Virus record (IMG/VR): IMGVR_UViG_3300038358_000167
Length of the DNA: 35,395 nucleotides
Strand: one strand, 5' to 3'
Source: a virus
Position 1 is the first letter of the stretch, and every line of letters begins with the position of its first letter. The translations under genes were made by a program, and so were the position numbers. This document shows positions 25,797-33,627 of the stretch, piece after piece. The notes beneath the pieces were generated by a model. It did not search any database, had not been told where the DNA came from, and was given only the letters and a program-made list of their open reading frames with translations.

Positions 25797-26048
25797 ATGA
25801 GTTATGTAACATTTCTAGTAGCGATTGTTTGTAGTAATCCTGTCATGCATGAGAAGTTTAATAAAGAGGGGTCTACTGATGGCTTAATGGTTATGAAGTG
25901 TGAAAAGGCACTGCATGAGTGTTATCAGATTAGTGGAGATATTAAACATTGTATTCAGGCTTTAAGGGAGAACGGGAATGAGCAAGATAAGAATATATAC
26001 AGACATGCACCTATACAGTCCAATGGTTTCAAAGGACAAGATTACTAA
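25797..26048 (+). CDS. Hypothetical Cys-containing protein with a hydrophobic N-terminus
   Basis: 83-aa ORF with an AGAGG RBS. It overlaps the next gene by 71 nt, so the extent is uncertain. Confidence 0.4.
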   Translation: MSYVTFLVAIVCSNPVMHEKFNKEGSTDGLMVMKCEKALHECYQISGDIKHCIQALRENGNEQDKNIYRHAPIQSNGFKGQDY

Positions 26049-26538
26049 GGTTAGTGAGTCCTATTTCATTGGCGATATAGTTGATTTAGCTAATTGTAAA
26101 AAGAAGCATTTAGAGAAAGCTAAACAAATTCGTTGGGAATTAGCAACGAGATCTTTAGGTTGGGTAGATGGGAACCACGAGCGCATAGATTTAAACAACA
26201 CAGTTTTAATGATTCATAACAGCGTGATTGCTGTGATTGCTGTGCATGGTGATTTTGAAGCTTGGGGCGATAAGAAAGCTATAGCTTATAGATCAAAAAA
26301 GCATGGTGCTGGTTGGTTCAAAAGAAATCTATGGGTTAGATCTTTAAAGGTATTTGAAAAGTTTGGTAAGCATAAGCCTAAGCAAAAGATGATTAATAAT
26401 TTAATTAAGAAGGCTAAAGATTTTGAGGCAAGTGTAATTATTTGTGGTCATACTCACCCAAAGAAAACATATGATGAAGTACATGATGGTGTGAGAGTTA
26501 TAGTGCTTAAGCGTGGGTTAAATGAGGTTGATATTTAG
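25978..26538 (+). CDS. Calcineurin-like metallophosphoesterase (second copy, unrelated in sequence to 19898..20608)
   Basis: Motifs occur in order: TDMHLY (DxH), IGDIVDL (GDxxD), DGNHE (GNHE), VHGD and CGHTH (GHxH). Confidence 0.75.
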   Translation: MSKIRIYTDMHLYSPMVSKDKITKVSESYFIGDIVDLANCKKKHLEKAKQIRWELATRSLGWVDGNHERIDLNNTVLMIHNSVIAVIAVHGDFEAWGDKKAIAYRSKKHGAGWFKRNLWVRSLKVFEKFGKHKPKQKMINNLIKKAKDFEASVIICGHTHPKKTYDEVHDGVRVIVLKRGLNEVDI

Positions 26539-26558
26539 TTTTTAACAAATGAGGGTTT

Positions 26559-26792
26559 ATGAAAGCGTACATAATAATGAATAAAAACACTGGCGATATT
26601 GCTTTAGGCATAAAATTACATTTATTTGATAATGTTGATGATGAAATATTGCAGCCCACAGAAATGGGTAAGATATCTTGGCTACCGGAAAGACCTGATT
26701 TTTGGGGCGTAAAAGCTGGAGAAGAAGTTGGTTTTGTTGTACTGCCTTATCCACTCGTTAACGATATCACCGAAGTAATAGCGGAAATTTAA
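26559..26792 (+). CDS. Hypothetical early protein
   Basis: 77-aa ORF with a GAGGG RBS. Confidence 0.55.
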   Translation: MKAYIIMNKNTGDIALGIKLHLFDNVDDEILQPTEMGKISWLPERPDFWGVKAGEEVGFVVLPYPLVNDITEVIAEI

Positions 26793-26817
26793 CACAACTT
26801 TTAACAAAGGAATTGAT

Positions 26818-26952
26818 ATGGGATTATTTGATTTTATACCGACAATAGATGAAGTTTTAAGTTTTTGGGAATGTAGAATTGATGGACACAAGTGGGTTAA
26901 AGATGAAAACGGAAATGTATTTTGTAAAGAATGCGGTAAACGTAACGACTAA
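26818..26952 (+). CDS. Small zinc-ribbon-like protein (44 aa)
   Basis: Below the track cut-off. ATG follows AAGGAA. Sequence MGLFDFIPTIDEVLSFWECRIDGHKWVKDENGNVFCKECGKRND, with a C-x4-H ... C-x2-C arrangement. Confidence 0.5.
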   Translation: MGLFDFIPTIDEVLSFWECRIDGHKWVKDENGNVFCKECGKRND

Positions 26953-26976
26953 TTAACACAGAAAGAAGGAAATAAA

Positions 26977-27165
26977 ATGAATGAAATTATAGAAAATCTA
27001 GATGAAGATAAAATTTACCAAGCAATAAGCGATGGTGTACAAGCTGGTATTTTTAAAATAGCTACAAATAACTCTAGCATGCCCTGCGCTGACTTTTACG
27101 ACTCAATACAAAAAGGTGTTGAGGTGGCTCTCGAAAACTTTACACCAGAAACTACAAAGCCTTAA
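26977..27165 (+). CDS. Hypothetical acidic protein
   Basis: 62-aa ORF with a GAAGGAA RBS. Confidence 0.55.
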   Translation: MNEIIENLDEDKIYQAISDGVQAGIFKIATNNSSMPCADFYDSIQKGVEVALENFTPETTKP

Positions 27166-27180
27166 CAAAAGGACTATTAA

Positions 27181-27336
27181 ATGACTAAAGAAGAATTAAT
27201 AGAAAAGCTTAAGAAATTGGAAAATTCTGATGACCCCGAAATTGCGCATATAAATGCAGACGATTTGTTGATGGAATACATAGATGACGCAGAGATTTTA
27301 TCGGCATTTGAACAAATCCCTAAATGGTATTCGTGA
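27181..27336 (+). CDS. Small hypothetical protein (51 aa)
   Basis: Below the track cut-off. Sequence MTKEELIEKLKKLENSDDPEIAHINADDLLMEYIDDAEILSAFEQIPKWYS. AAGGA lies upstream. It fills the gap that the track covers with an over-extended ORF. Confidence 0.5.
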   Translation: MTKEELIEKLKKLENSDDPEIAHINADDLLMEYIDDAEILSAFEQIPKWYS

Positions 27337-27355
27337 GTTTAACAAACGAGGATTT

Positions 27356-27508
27356 ATGTACGAAGTAAGTGAATCACAATTTATAGAGTATTGGTTAGGG
27401 CAACCAATGGCCTCAGTCTATGAAATGAGTATTGTTTACAATACAGATATGGAATCGTTATTAGACAATTTTCTTGAATTTTGGTTATGGTATTATGCGA
27501 GAAATTAA
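27356..27508 (+). CDS. Small hypothetical protein (50 aa)
   Basis: Same frame as track ORF 27284..27508. The ATG at 27356 has a CGAGGA RBS and avoids overlap with 27181..27336. Confidence 0.5.
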   Translation: MYEVSESQFIEYWLGQPMASVYEMSIVYNTDMESLLDNFLEFWLWYYARN

Positions 27509-27526
27509 CATATTACGAGGTGATAA

Positions 27527-27766
27527 ATGAGTGGTTGTAACCATGAAAAATGTATAAGAGATGGGTGTAAAAATTGCTGTTACTGTGGATCTGACTTATC
27601 GGACGGGAATATATACTGCTATTTATGTGATAAAAAAATAGGAGTTTATCCCGATGAGTTTTCAGTCTGTTATACAGAAAAAGAACCCGATGACCCAAAA
27701 GCCTTGCATAAAAAATGTTTAGCTAAGGTGATTGTAATAAGTAAAGCGAATTTTGCCACAAGTTAA
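27527..27766 (+). CDS. Cysteine-rich putative zinc-binding protein
   Basis: 79 aa with 11 Cys, mostly in CxxC-like spacing (CNHEKCIRDGCKNCCYCG...CYLCDKK). CGAGGTG RBS. Confidence 0.55.
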   Translation: MSGCNHEKCIRDGCKNCCYCGSDLSDGNIYCYLCDKKIGVYPDEFSVCYTEKEPDDPKALHKKCLAKVIVISKANFATS

Positions 27767-27787
27767 CAGAACCTTTAGGAGGATTGA

Positions 27788-28009
27788 ATGCGGGTTTTAA
27801 TTAAATATATAGATTTTCACTGGGACAACTACCAAGGTGGAAGCGGAAAGTCTTTTGAAATGAAGCACTCCGTTGATGTTGCTGAAGAGACAAAATCAAA
27901 AGATGTCTATGATTTTATATTATGCGAATTAGACGAACACATAGGTAACGAGAGACCATTCAAACAAACCAATAGTTACCATATAAAAAGCATAGAGATT
28001 ATTTCGTAA
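27788..28009 (+). CDS. Hypothetical early protein
   Basis: 73-aa ORF with a TAGGAGG RBS. Confidence 0.6.
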   Translation: MRVLIKYIDFHWDNYQGGSGKSFEMKHSVDVAEETKSKDVYDFILCELDEHIGNERPFKQTNSYHIKSIEIIS

Positions 28010-28046
28010 CTTTAACAGCCAACGCAAGTAAGGGAGTAAATTATAT

Positions 28047-28487
28047 ATGGAACAGCTAATAACGATCAATGATTTATGCGGTAATTTAGCCAAGTGGGTT
28101 GTACAGCAACACCCATATGGGACAGCTACTCTTGTTGATTCCGCTAACGAAAAGTTAAGAGAATCAGCCAAAGAATGGGGATGGGATGATGTTGGCGGTT
28201 TGTTGATGAGAAAATACACCTATAAAGAATTAGAGGGGTTTTTGCATCATGTTTTATACAAATCAAAAGAAGCTAAAGTTTGGAACACGCCAAAATCACG
28301 ACATAGTAATGGGTATGTATTTAGTAGCAGATATGATGGTCCTAAAGCTGAAGATGATTTTATTGATGTTGATGCTCTCTTAAGAAATGTGGCCTTACAT
28401 ACAATTAGGGAAAGCGCTTTAAGCGAAGCCAGGCCATGGGCTCCCGAGTTAATGAGCCAACCACCAGTTAACAAAAACGGAGAGTAA
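28047..28487 (+). CDS. Hypothetical protein
   Basis: 146-aa ORF with an AAGGGAG RBS and balanced composition, unlike the antisense ORF 28247..28594. Confidence 0.6.
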   Translation: MEQLITINDLCGNLAKWVVQQHPYGTATLVDSANEKLRESAKEWGWDDVGGLLMRKYTYKELEGFLHHVLYKSKEAKVWNTPKSRHSNGYVFSSRYDGPKAEDDFIDVDALLRNVALHTIRESALSEARPWAPELMSQPPVNKNGE

Positions 28488-28566
28488 TTTATAATTTTAA
28501 CCCCGAACCACGCAGCTAACTCAAAAAGGAACATGCCGTTTTTATCTGAGTAGTGGGGAGGGGATT

Positions 28567-28634
28567 TTCTCACAATAATGAGAATATCGAGCAAAAAATA
28601 CTATTTGACTTAATATTCACATAATAGTGAGAAT
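28567..28634. promoter_or_regulatory. Two related operator-like inverted repeats flanking or overlapping a TTGACT -35 box
   Basis: Perfect repeat TTCTCA-CAATAA-TGAGAA at 28567..28584. Imperfect repeat ATTCACATAATAGTGAGAAT at 28615..28634. TTGACT at 28605..28610. TGAGAAT occurs twice, 49 bp apart. Confidence 0.5.
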
Positions 28635-28688
28635 TAAAACAAAGATGATGTAAACAGGATAAACATCTTAAATGATGTGGGGGATTAA

Positions 28689-29027
28689 ATGAAAGAATTT
28701 ATAAATCAATACTTAGTACTAATGTCCGTGGTTTTTGTAATCACATATATTTCTTATATTTATATAATGAAATTAAAGATGAAGCGTGATGATAAAACTC
28801 TTAATCCAATTATAAGAATACTAGCTTTTCCAGTGCTTATAATGGGCCTATTATATGATGTTTTACTTAACATATTATTCGGAAGTCTGATATTTCAAGA
28901 ACTACCAAAAGAATGGCTACTTACATCAAGATTAAAACGTCATAAACTTGGCAATGGATGGAAAGCAAAGATGGCTAAATGGTTGTGTGATACACTTTTA
29001 AATCCTTTTGACGACGGGCATTGTTGA
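28689..29027 (+). CDS. Small integral membrane protein (2-3 TM segments) ending ...LNPFDDGHC
   Basis: 112 aa with a GGGGGA RBS. Hydrophobic segments LVLMSVVFVITYISYIYI and IIRILAFPVLIMGLLYDVLLNILFGSLIF. Confidence 0.6.
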   Translation: MKEFINQYLVLMSVVFVITYISYIYIMKLKMKRDDKTLNPIIRILAFPVLIMGLLYDVLLNILFGSLIFQELPKEWLLTSRLKRHKLGNGWKAKMAKWLCDTLLNPFDDGHC

Positions 29028-29236
29028 TGACACCAGGATATAAAAAAGTATGGGTAGGGGATAAACTACATGTAATGACTATTGATGCTTATAAGCAACA
29101 TATTGCAACAGTAAAAGCTATTCAAAAGGCACATGATATTCAAATGGACAAATGTGAGTACTCAACAATTGATGAAAATGGGGACCAAGTCCCCACCGAT
29201 AGATATGGGAATTATTTAGACAGACATTGTGATTAA
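29027..29236 (+). CDS. Hypothetical protein
   Basis: The track start is a TTG at 29021. The ATG at 29027 overlaps the upstream TGA (TGATG). Confidence 0.5.
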   Translation: MTPGYKKVWVGDKLHVMTIDAYKQHIATVKAIQKAHDIQMDKCEYSTIDENGDQVPTDRYGNYLDRHCD

Positions 29237-29552
29237 TGCCAAGGGGGGATACGTGGCTTTTATATCAACTAATGCAACTTATGCTGAAAAGCTAAAGTTT
29301 TATAAAGATCAATACGAAAACGAAAGAACAGTTAATTCTAAACTAAGAATATCTAATAATGATTTTATTGGACAATTGCATATGGCAAAGGATGAGCTTA
29401 AGAAACTTAAACTTAAGCTGGTAGACACAGATGCTATACTTAATAAAGTAATTATAGATAACAAGAGATTAATGAGAGAACTTAACTCTCTTGAAGATAT
29501 TATGACAGCAAACCGTTATGGTAACTGGCAGCCAAATGCAAAATCTATATAA
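29229..29552 (+). CDS. Hypothetical coiled-coil protein
   Basis: 107-aa ORF whose GTG start overlaps the upstream stop. The central part is heptad-like (LHMAKDELKKLKLKLVDTDAILNKVIIDNKRLMRELNSLEDI). Confidence 0.5.
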   Translation: MINAKGGYVAFISTNATYAEKLKFYKDQYENERTVNSKLRISNNDFIGQLHMAKDELKKLKLKLVDTDAILNKVIIDNKRLMRELNSLEDIMTANRYGNWQPNAKSI

Positions 29553-29627
29553 CTTTTTATGGATATGTTTTTGGATTGCCCTAGTTATATTTCTACATTT
29601 TGTGGCACTTCATATACCAGTTGGGTA

Positions 29628-30101
29628 TTAGGCGTCTATTAGGTGTCCATATATAATAGGTGAAGCTACAGCGTTACCACCTACCTTAACTATATCACCT
29701 GGTCCAGCCAAGAACATTAATGATGTATAGTCTCCGTTGTCGAATGTAGCAGATCTAGCAGAAAAGGCCCCTCCACTACCTGACTCATTCTCCACCTCTA
29801 CCGATACAACTATCGGACCAGTAGATATACTAAATGCTACTCCTCCTTTTAAAAACTTACCAGCAGGCACAGTATATCTATAAGTCCCTGTAATTAACGT
29901 CATAGTTATCTTTACAAAAGATACTTCAATTGCAGTTATACGACTAGTATTACTATTGATAGTAACTTGTTGAGCATTATTCTCATCAATCAAATTATTT
30001 ACGTTACCACCATAACGGGTATTCAACTGTTCTGATACTGGTTGATTAAAACCAACCTCTGTGTCTGTTATCTTGTCTTCAATTGATGGAATATCTGCCA
30101 T
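29628..30101 (-). CDS. Small fibre / receptor-binding-type protein, last gene of the late operon
   Basis: 157 aa, beta-rich, directly downstream of the 747-aa tail protein. Confidence 0.4.
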   Translation of the reverse strand: MADIPSIEDKITDTEVGFNQPVSEQLNTRYGGNVNNLIDENNAQQVTINSNTSRITAIEVSFVKITMTLITGTYRYTVPAGKFLKGGVAFSISTGPIVVSVEVENESGSGGAFSARSATFDNGDYTSLMFLAGPGDIVKVGGNAVASPIIYGHLIDA

Positions 30102-30113
30102 GCCTAAAACTCC

Positions 30114-32357
30114 TTAAAATTGTTGATAAACTTTACCGCTATCAGCGAAGTCGTTAGAACCGTCACTCATAAACGCATATATTAACTTAATACTATCTGT
30201 TTGATTAGTGTAAACATCAAACTCCATTATCATTCCAGCCGATGGCGTAAATCCTAAATCATCTGCCACAGTAATAGTGTTGCCACTAATACCACTGATA
30301 GTGGATGTGCCAATAGTAACAAAATCAACTGTACGAACTCTAACTGCAACATTTTCTAACCCTTGCCATTTTTTAAATTCATTCGAGCCAAATGCACTAC
30401 TGAAACTCTCTTCAATTACAAACACAGTATTGCTAGTGCCAGACTTAATAAACGATGCTGGAGATATTAAACCATAGCGAGCATCCTTATCAAAATTAGT
30501 ATCAGTCAATGCCACTACGATATCACCAGTCTTTAGGTTAATGGATTTATTCTCAACCTCCCATAACCTTGCAACACCATCTCTTGTACCTGATTGAATG
30601 TCAGACATCTTAAGACCTGCCATCTCAAGCAGTATAACGTCACCAACCTCTTTATTAAATCCATCAGAAAAAGATAACTTCATCTCTCTAATATGCTCAG
30701 CTCCAAACTTATACTTAGCTAATCGCCTCTGTGTAGATGTATTAGCAACAGCATTCGCATCAATAGTTGAGCGCAATCCCTTAGACTCAATAGTTAAAAC
30801 CTTATTGCCAACATTATCGCCAAATCTTGTTTTACTATCACCATCAATCGTAGTAAGACCTGCTAGAAACTTATCATCCAATGCCTGCTCATCAAACTTA
30901 TAAATAATAGCATTAAAAAAATTCTTAGTTAATGATCTCTCAATCTTAATAGAGGATGCATTTTTAATATTATTCTCGTTAAATGTTTTAATAGAGGCAT
31001 CCGGCAATGGTGGATTGTGAATGCCAAGACTAGACTGGCTCTTACGAGGTAAGGAAAAACACCCAACTGGATTATATAATTGCTCAGATATAAATGCCTT
31101 AACATCATCTAAAGTATCTTTAATATATATATCCATTGAAAACGTAGAAGTAAAACGACTATTAATAGCTAAGTGCTCTGCTATATCGATCTCATCATTA
31201 TCCATCTTTAAACCGTCGCCTAAAGTATCATACTGTGATCTTATGGACATTACTGCGGCACTATCGTTTTCCTCTAATAAAGATGCTGACCCAATAGTTA
31301 TATAAGATCCATCTATTGTTTGAGTGATAGCAGTAATTGGCAATAAACTAATATTATTAGCTCCTAGAGCCGCTCCCGTGGTAGTGACAAAATCACCTAT
31401 CTGTAAATTGTATTCAACTTCAACATTAACATCTTTAAAAAATATAGAATTAGTTACAAGCTCTGTAGCTGATATTCGTCCAAAATGAGTTACATCAACA
31501 CCTGTCACATAAGCGCCGTTCTTACCAGACGCCATTATCTTCAATGCCAATTCAATCGGGTTGCCAACTAATCTAATAAAGCTATCAACAGTAGCCCCGT
31601 CCGAATGATTAGCCTCAACCGTTCCAAGAGCTCCACGAGTTAATGTGGAAAATTGCGCGCCAGACTTAGCGTCATATCTTATAAGTTCATCGCCTATTCT
31701 TACGTAAAACAAAATTGAACTATCGTATGTACCAGCAGGACCTAATGCTTTTACTAGAAAGTCAGTCGTATCATCAACGTTAATAACCGTATCTCCAATA
31801 TTAAAGTCAGATGTTAAAGTTGTTTCAGTCTTTGCAAATATAGCTGAGTTCTTTTTATTATCAGGATGCAATATCTTTAAACTAATAACGCCAGGCTTTG
31901 ATTCAATAGCATTTATATTGCCACGAAATATTGTTATATAATCATCTTTCCAGGCAGTGGACTCAAACCCCATCCAAAGACGACATTTCCTCCCAAGCAG
32001 TTCATTAACTGTATTGCCAGGAGTGATCATTGCTGTAATCTCTTCATTCTTATCAATCAATGCAACATTAATAGAACTAATACTCTCGCCAGTTCCACGA
32101 TCTATATTTAAAGATTGTTTAATAGTAGTAGTAGTGCCAGCTGAAAAAGATATATATGGCTTTTGATCTTCAATAGGTATTAACCCACCATAAACATAAT
32201 TCTCACCATAATTAATATTATCACCATAAACTAGGTATTTATTAATAGAAACAGTGCCGAATACGGTCGAAATACCCTCTATTTCAAGCACTATATTGGG
32301 GGTTAATGACCCTTCTTTTGATGCTAGCTCTGCGTTTTCGGTTAGTTCAAAGCTCAT
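30114..32357 (-). CDS. Large tail tip / host-specificity-type protein (Tal/J-like candidate)
   Basis: 747 aa. The N-terminal region (GRKCRLWMGFESTAWKDDYITIFRGNINAIES) resembles tail-tip protein N-domains by eye only. A GGAG RBS is present and the start overlaps the endolysin stop by 4 nt. Confidence 0.4.
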   Translation of the reverse strand: MSFELTENAELASKEGSLTPNIVLEIEGISTVFGTVSINKYLVYGDNINYGENYVYGGLIPIEDQKPYISFSAGTTTTIKQSLNIDRGTGESISSINVALIDKNEEITAMITPGNTVNELLGRKCRLWMGFESTAWKDDYITIFRGNINAIESKPGVISLKILHPDNKKNSAIFAKTETTLTSDFNIGDTVINVDDTTDFLVKALGPAGTYDSSILFYVRIGDELIRYDAKSGAQFSTLTRGALGTVEANHSDGATVDSFIRLVGNPIELALKIMASGKNGAYVTGVDVTHFGRISATELVTNSIFFKDVNVEVEYNLQIGDFVTTTGAALGANNISLLPITAITQTIDGSYITIGSASLLEENDSAAVMSIRSQYDTLGDGLKMDNDEIDIAEHLAINSRFTSTFSMDIYIKDTLDDVKAFISEQLYNPVGCFSLPRKSQSSLGIHNPPLPDASIKTFNENNIKNASSIKIERSLTKNFFNAIIYKFDEQALDDKFLAGLTTIDGDSKTRFGDNVGNKVLTIESKGLRSTIDANAVANTSTQRRLAKYKFGAEHIREMKLSFSDGFNKEVGDVILLEMAGLKMSDIQSGTRDGVARLWEVENKSINLKTGDIVVALTDTNFDKDARYGLISPASFIKSGTSNTVFVIEESFSSAFGSNEFKKWQGLENVAVRVRTVDFVTIGTSTISGISGNTITVADDLGFTPSAGMIMEFDVYTNQTDSIKLIYAFMSDGSNDFADSGKVYQQF

Positions 32358-32785
32358 GGTTGAAAGAACCTTTTTCTGCCAACCTTCTTAGTATCTATAT
32401 GAACCCAAGTAGACTTTGGCAAATCTTCCATACGAAGCCCTAACTTCTCAAGCTCAGGTAGAATCTTTTTTCTAACCCTATCAGCACTAACACCCTTAAC
32501 TTTAAAATCAATAGCCTTGCCAAGTACATGCTGGGACTTTGCTGCGCCATTAATGTGTTTATTATATAATGCAGGCCTATACCCACTAGTGATTTTAATA
32601 GACTTACCGAACATATCTCTTATTTTTTGAAGCCTTTTGCATATATCAATTAGGTTTTCTTTTACTTCCTTACTCGTATATATGTAAGAATCAAGCCCAC
32701 TGAGATAAACAAGCTCATACCAGTAAAAGTTGTTACAGCCAGGTACTTTTTGATTAAGATTAATCGGAATAATATTCTTGTTCAT
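32354..32785 (-). CDS. Endolysin, zinc peptidase M15 (D-Ala-D-Ala carboxypeptidase / L-Ala-D-Glu peptidase type)
   Basis: 143 aa. SGYRPALYNKHINGAAKSQHVLGKAIDF ... WVHIDT matches the M15 H-x6-D ... H metal-site pattern. Confidence 0.75.
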   Translation of the reverse strand: MNKNIIPINLNQKVPGCNNFYWYELVYLSGLDSYIYTSKEVKENLIDICKRLQKIRDMFGKSIKITSGYRPALYNKHINGAAKSQHVLGKAIDFKVKGVSADRVRKKILPELEKLGLRMEDLPKSTWVHIDTKKVGRKRFFQP

Positions 32786-33083
32786 TTATAAACCTCTCCG
32801 CTTGTAGTTCTTGCTCTGTTGTTATTTTACAACTCTTAACTCTGGCACAGGCCTCAATCATATATTTTTTAAGCTCACCAAAATCATGTAAGCTCATAGA
32901 TACACGCCCTGGCATATTCCATTCCTCTTCACTAATATCCCTTGCTCGATTATCAAGTATATATTTGCAACGGCCACCGTCAATGCGCTTTCCACAAAAC
33001 TCAACATTAGGCAATTTTAATGAACATCCACTAAATACTAAAAAGCTCGTCAAAAGCATCATTAAGTTTCGAGTCAACCTCAT
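32760..33083 (-). CDS. Outer-membrane lipoprotein, o-spanin candidate (Cys-rich)
   Basis: Signal peptide MRLTRNLMMLLTSFLVFSGC with a lipobox-like FSGC. The gene starts 53 nt inside the upstream gene and ends 26 nt inside the endolysin gene. Confidence 0.5.
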   Translation of the reverse strand: MRLTRNLMMLLTSFLVFSGCSLKLPNVEFCGKRIDGGRCKYILDNRARDISEEEWNMPGRVSMSLHDFGELKKYMIEACARVKSCKITTEQELQAERFINEQEYYSD

Positions 33084-33369
33084 TCTCCTTATCCTTATCC
33101 ATTTCTGAATGTATATCTTTTAAAATTTCATCAACTTTTTTAACCTGCTTATTTACTTGATAATGAACTCTTAAAATATATAATTCAAGCACCGTGCGCT
33201 CGACGGCCTTTCTTATTAACTTAGTTATAAAATATGATGCTATAGAACTGAGTGGTCCCCAAGCCATAAAAGTGGCTCTCTTTACTATTTTTTCCACAAG
33301 GGATTTAGTCACTAAGGAGACTATGTTTTGCTTAATCAGCTCTACAGCATCAATCGCTTTTGTTTCCAT
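33031..33369 (-). CDS. Lysis-cassette protein (i-spanin or holin candidate)
   Basis: 112 aa with one weakly hydrophobic segment (ATFMAWGPLSSIASYFITKLI) followed by a charged helical tail. The lipoprotein gene is embedded at its 3' end, Rz/Rz1-like. Confidence 0.4.
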   Translation of the reverse strand: METKAIDAVELIKQNIVSLVTKSLVEKIVKRATFMAWGPLSSIASYFITKLIRKAVERTVLELYILRVHYQVNKQVKKVDEILKDIHSEMDKDKENEVDSKLNDAFDELFSI

Positions 33370-33614
33370 TAAACAGCAATATCTGCTTCACCATCAAGGT
33401 CATCTATAATCTTCAACAAAGAAGGCTCAATAATTGGCAAGATACCGATTAGAATATCATCATATTTGTTCTCTGTAGATAAGAAAAATTGTGGTAGTGC
33501 TTTAATTACAGCCTTTACCGTAGACATTGCAGCGTCCTCAGCTATATCTAACCCTTGTTTTTTTAACTCATCAAGAAGAACTTGTTTTGCGTCTACTTTT
33601 ATTATGTCTGACAT
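33369..33614 (-). CDS. Hypothetical lysis-cassette protein
   Basis: The track ORF starts at 33656. The ATG at 33614 (MSDIIKVD) has an AAGGA RBS and avoids overlap with the upstream gene. Confidence 0.45.
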   Translation of the reverse strand: MSDIIKVDAKQVLLDELKKQGLDIAEDAAMSTVKAVIKALPQFFLSTENKYDDILIGILPIIEPSLLKIIDDLDGEADIAV

Positions 33615-33627
33615 ATATACATCCTTT

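Larger units (their letters stand above)
26541..28473 (+). promoter_or_regulatory. Series of TTAACA elements placed 10-29 nt upstream of consecutive start codons
   Basis: TTAACA at 26543, 26789, 26801, 26953, 27162, 27339, 27505, 27763, 28012 and 28468. Another copy lies at 18783, upstream of the lipoprotein GTG. Each is followed by a purine-rich RBS. Confidence 0.5.

Noticed and set aside
27284-27355. Upstream extension of the 27356..27508 gene, as given in the track
   Set aside because: The extension overlaps the well-formed 51-aa ORF 27181..27336. The ATG at 27356 has its own RBS and TTAACA element.
28468-28473. The tenth TTAACA copy, followed by GGAGAG, as the RBS of a further small gene
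   Set aside because: No ATG/GTTG/TTG start with an ORF longer than about 10 codons follows. This copy lies inside the end of 28047..28487.
28247-28594. 115-aa minus-strand ORF reaching into the 28488..28688 gap
   Set aside because: It is Leu/Ser-rich and lacks an RBS. It lies antisense to 28047..28487, which has an RBS and balanced composition, and it would run through the operator/promoter region.
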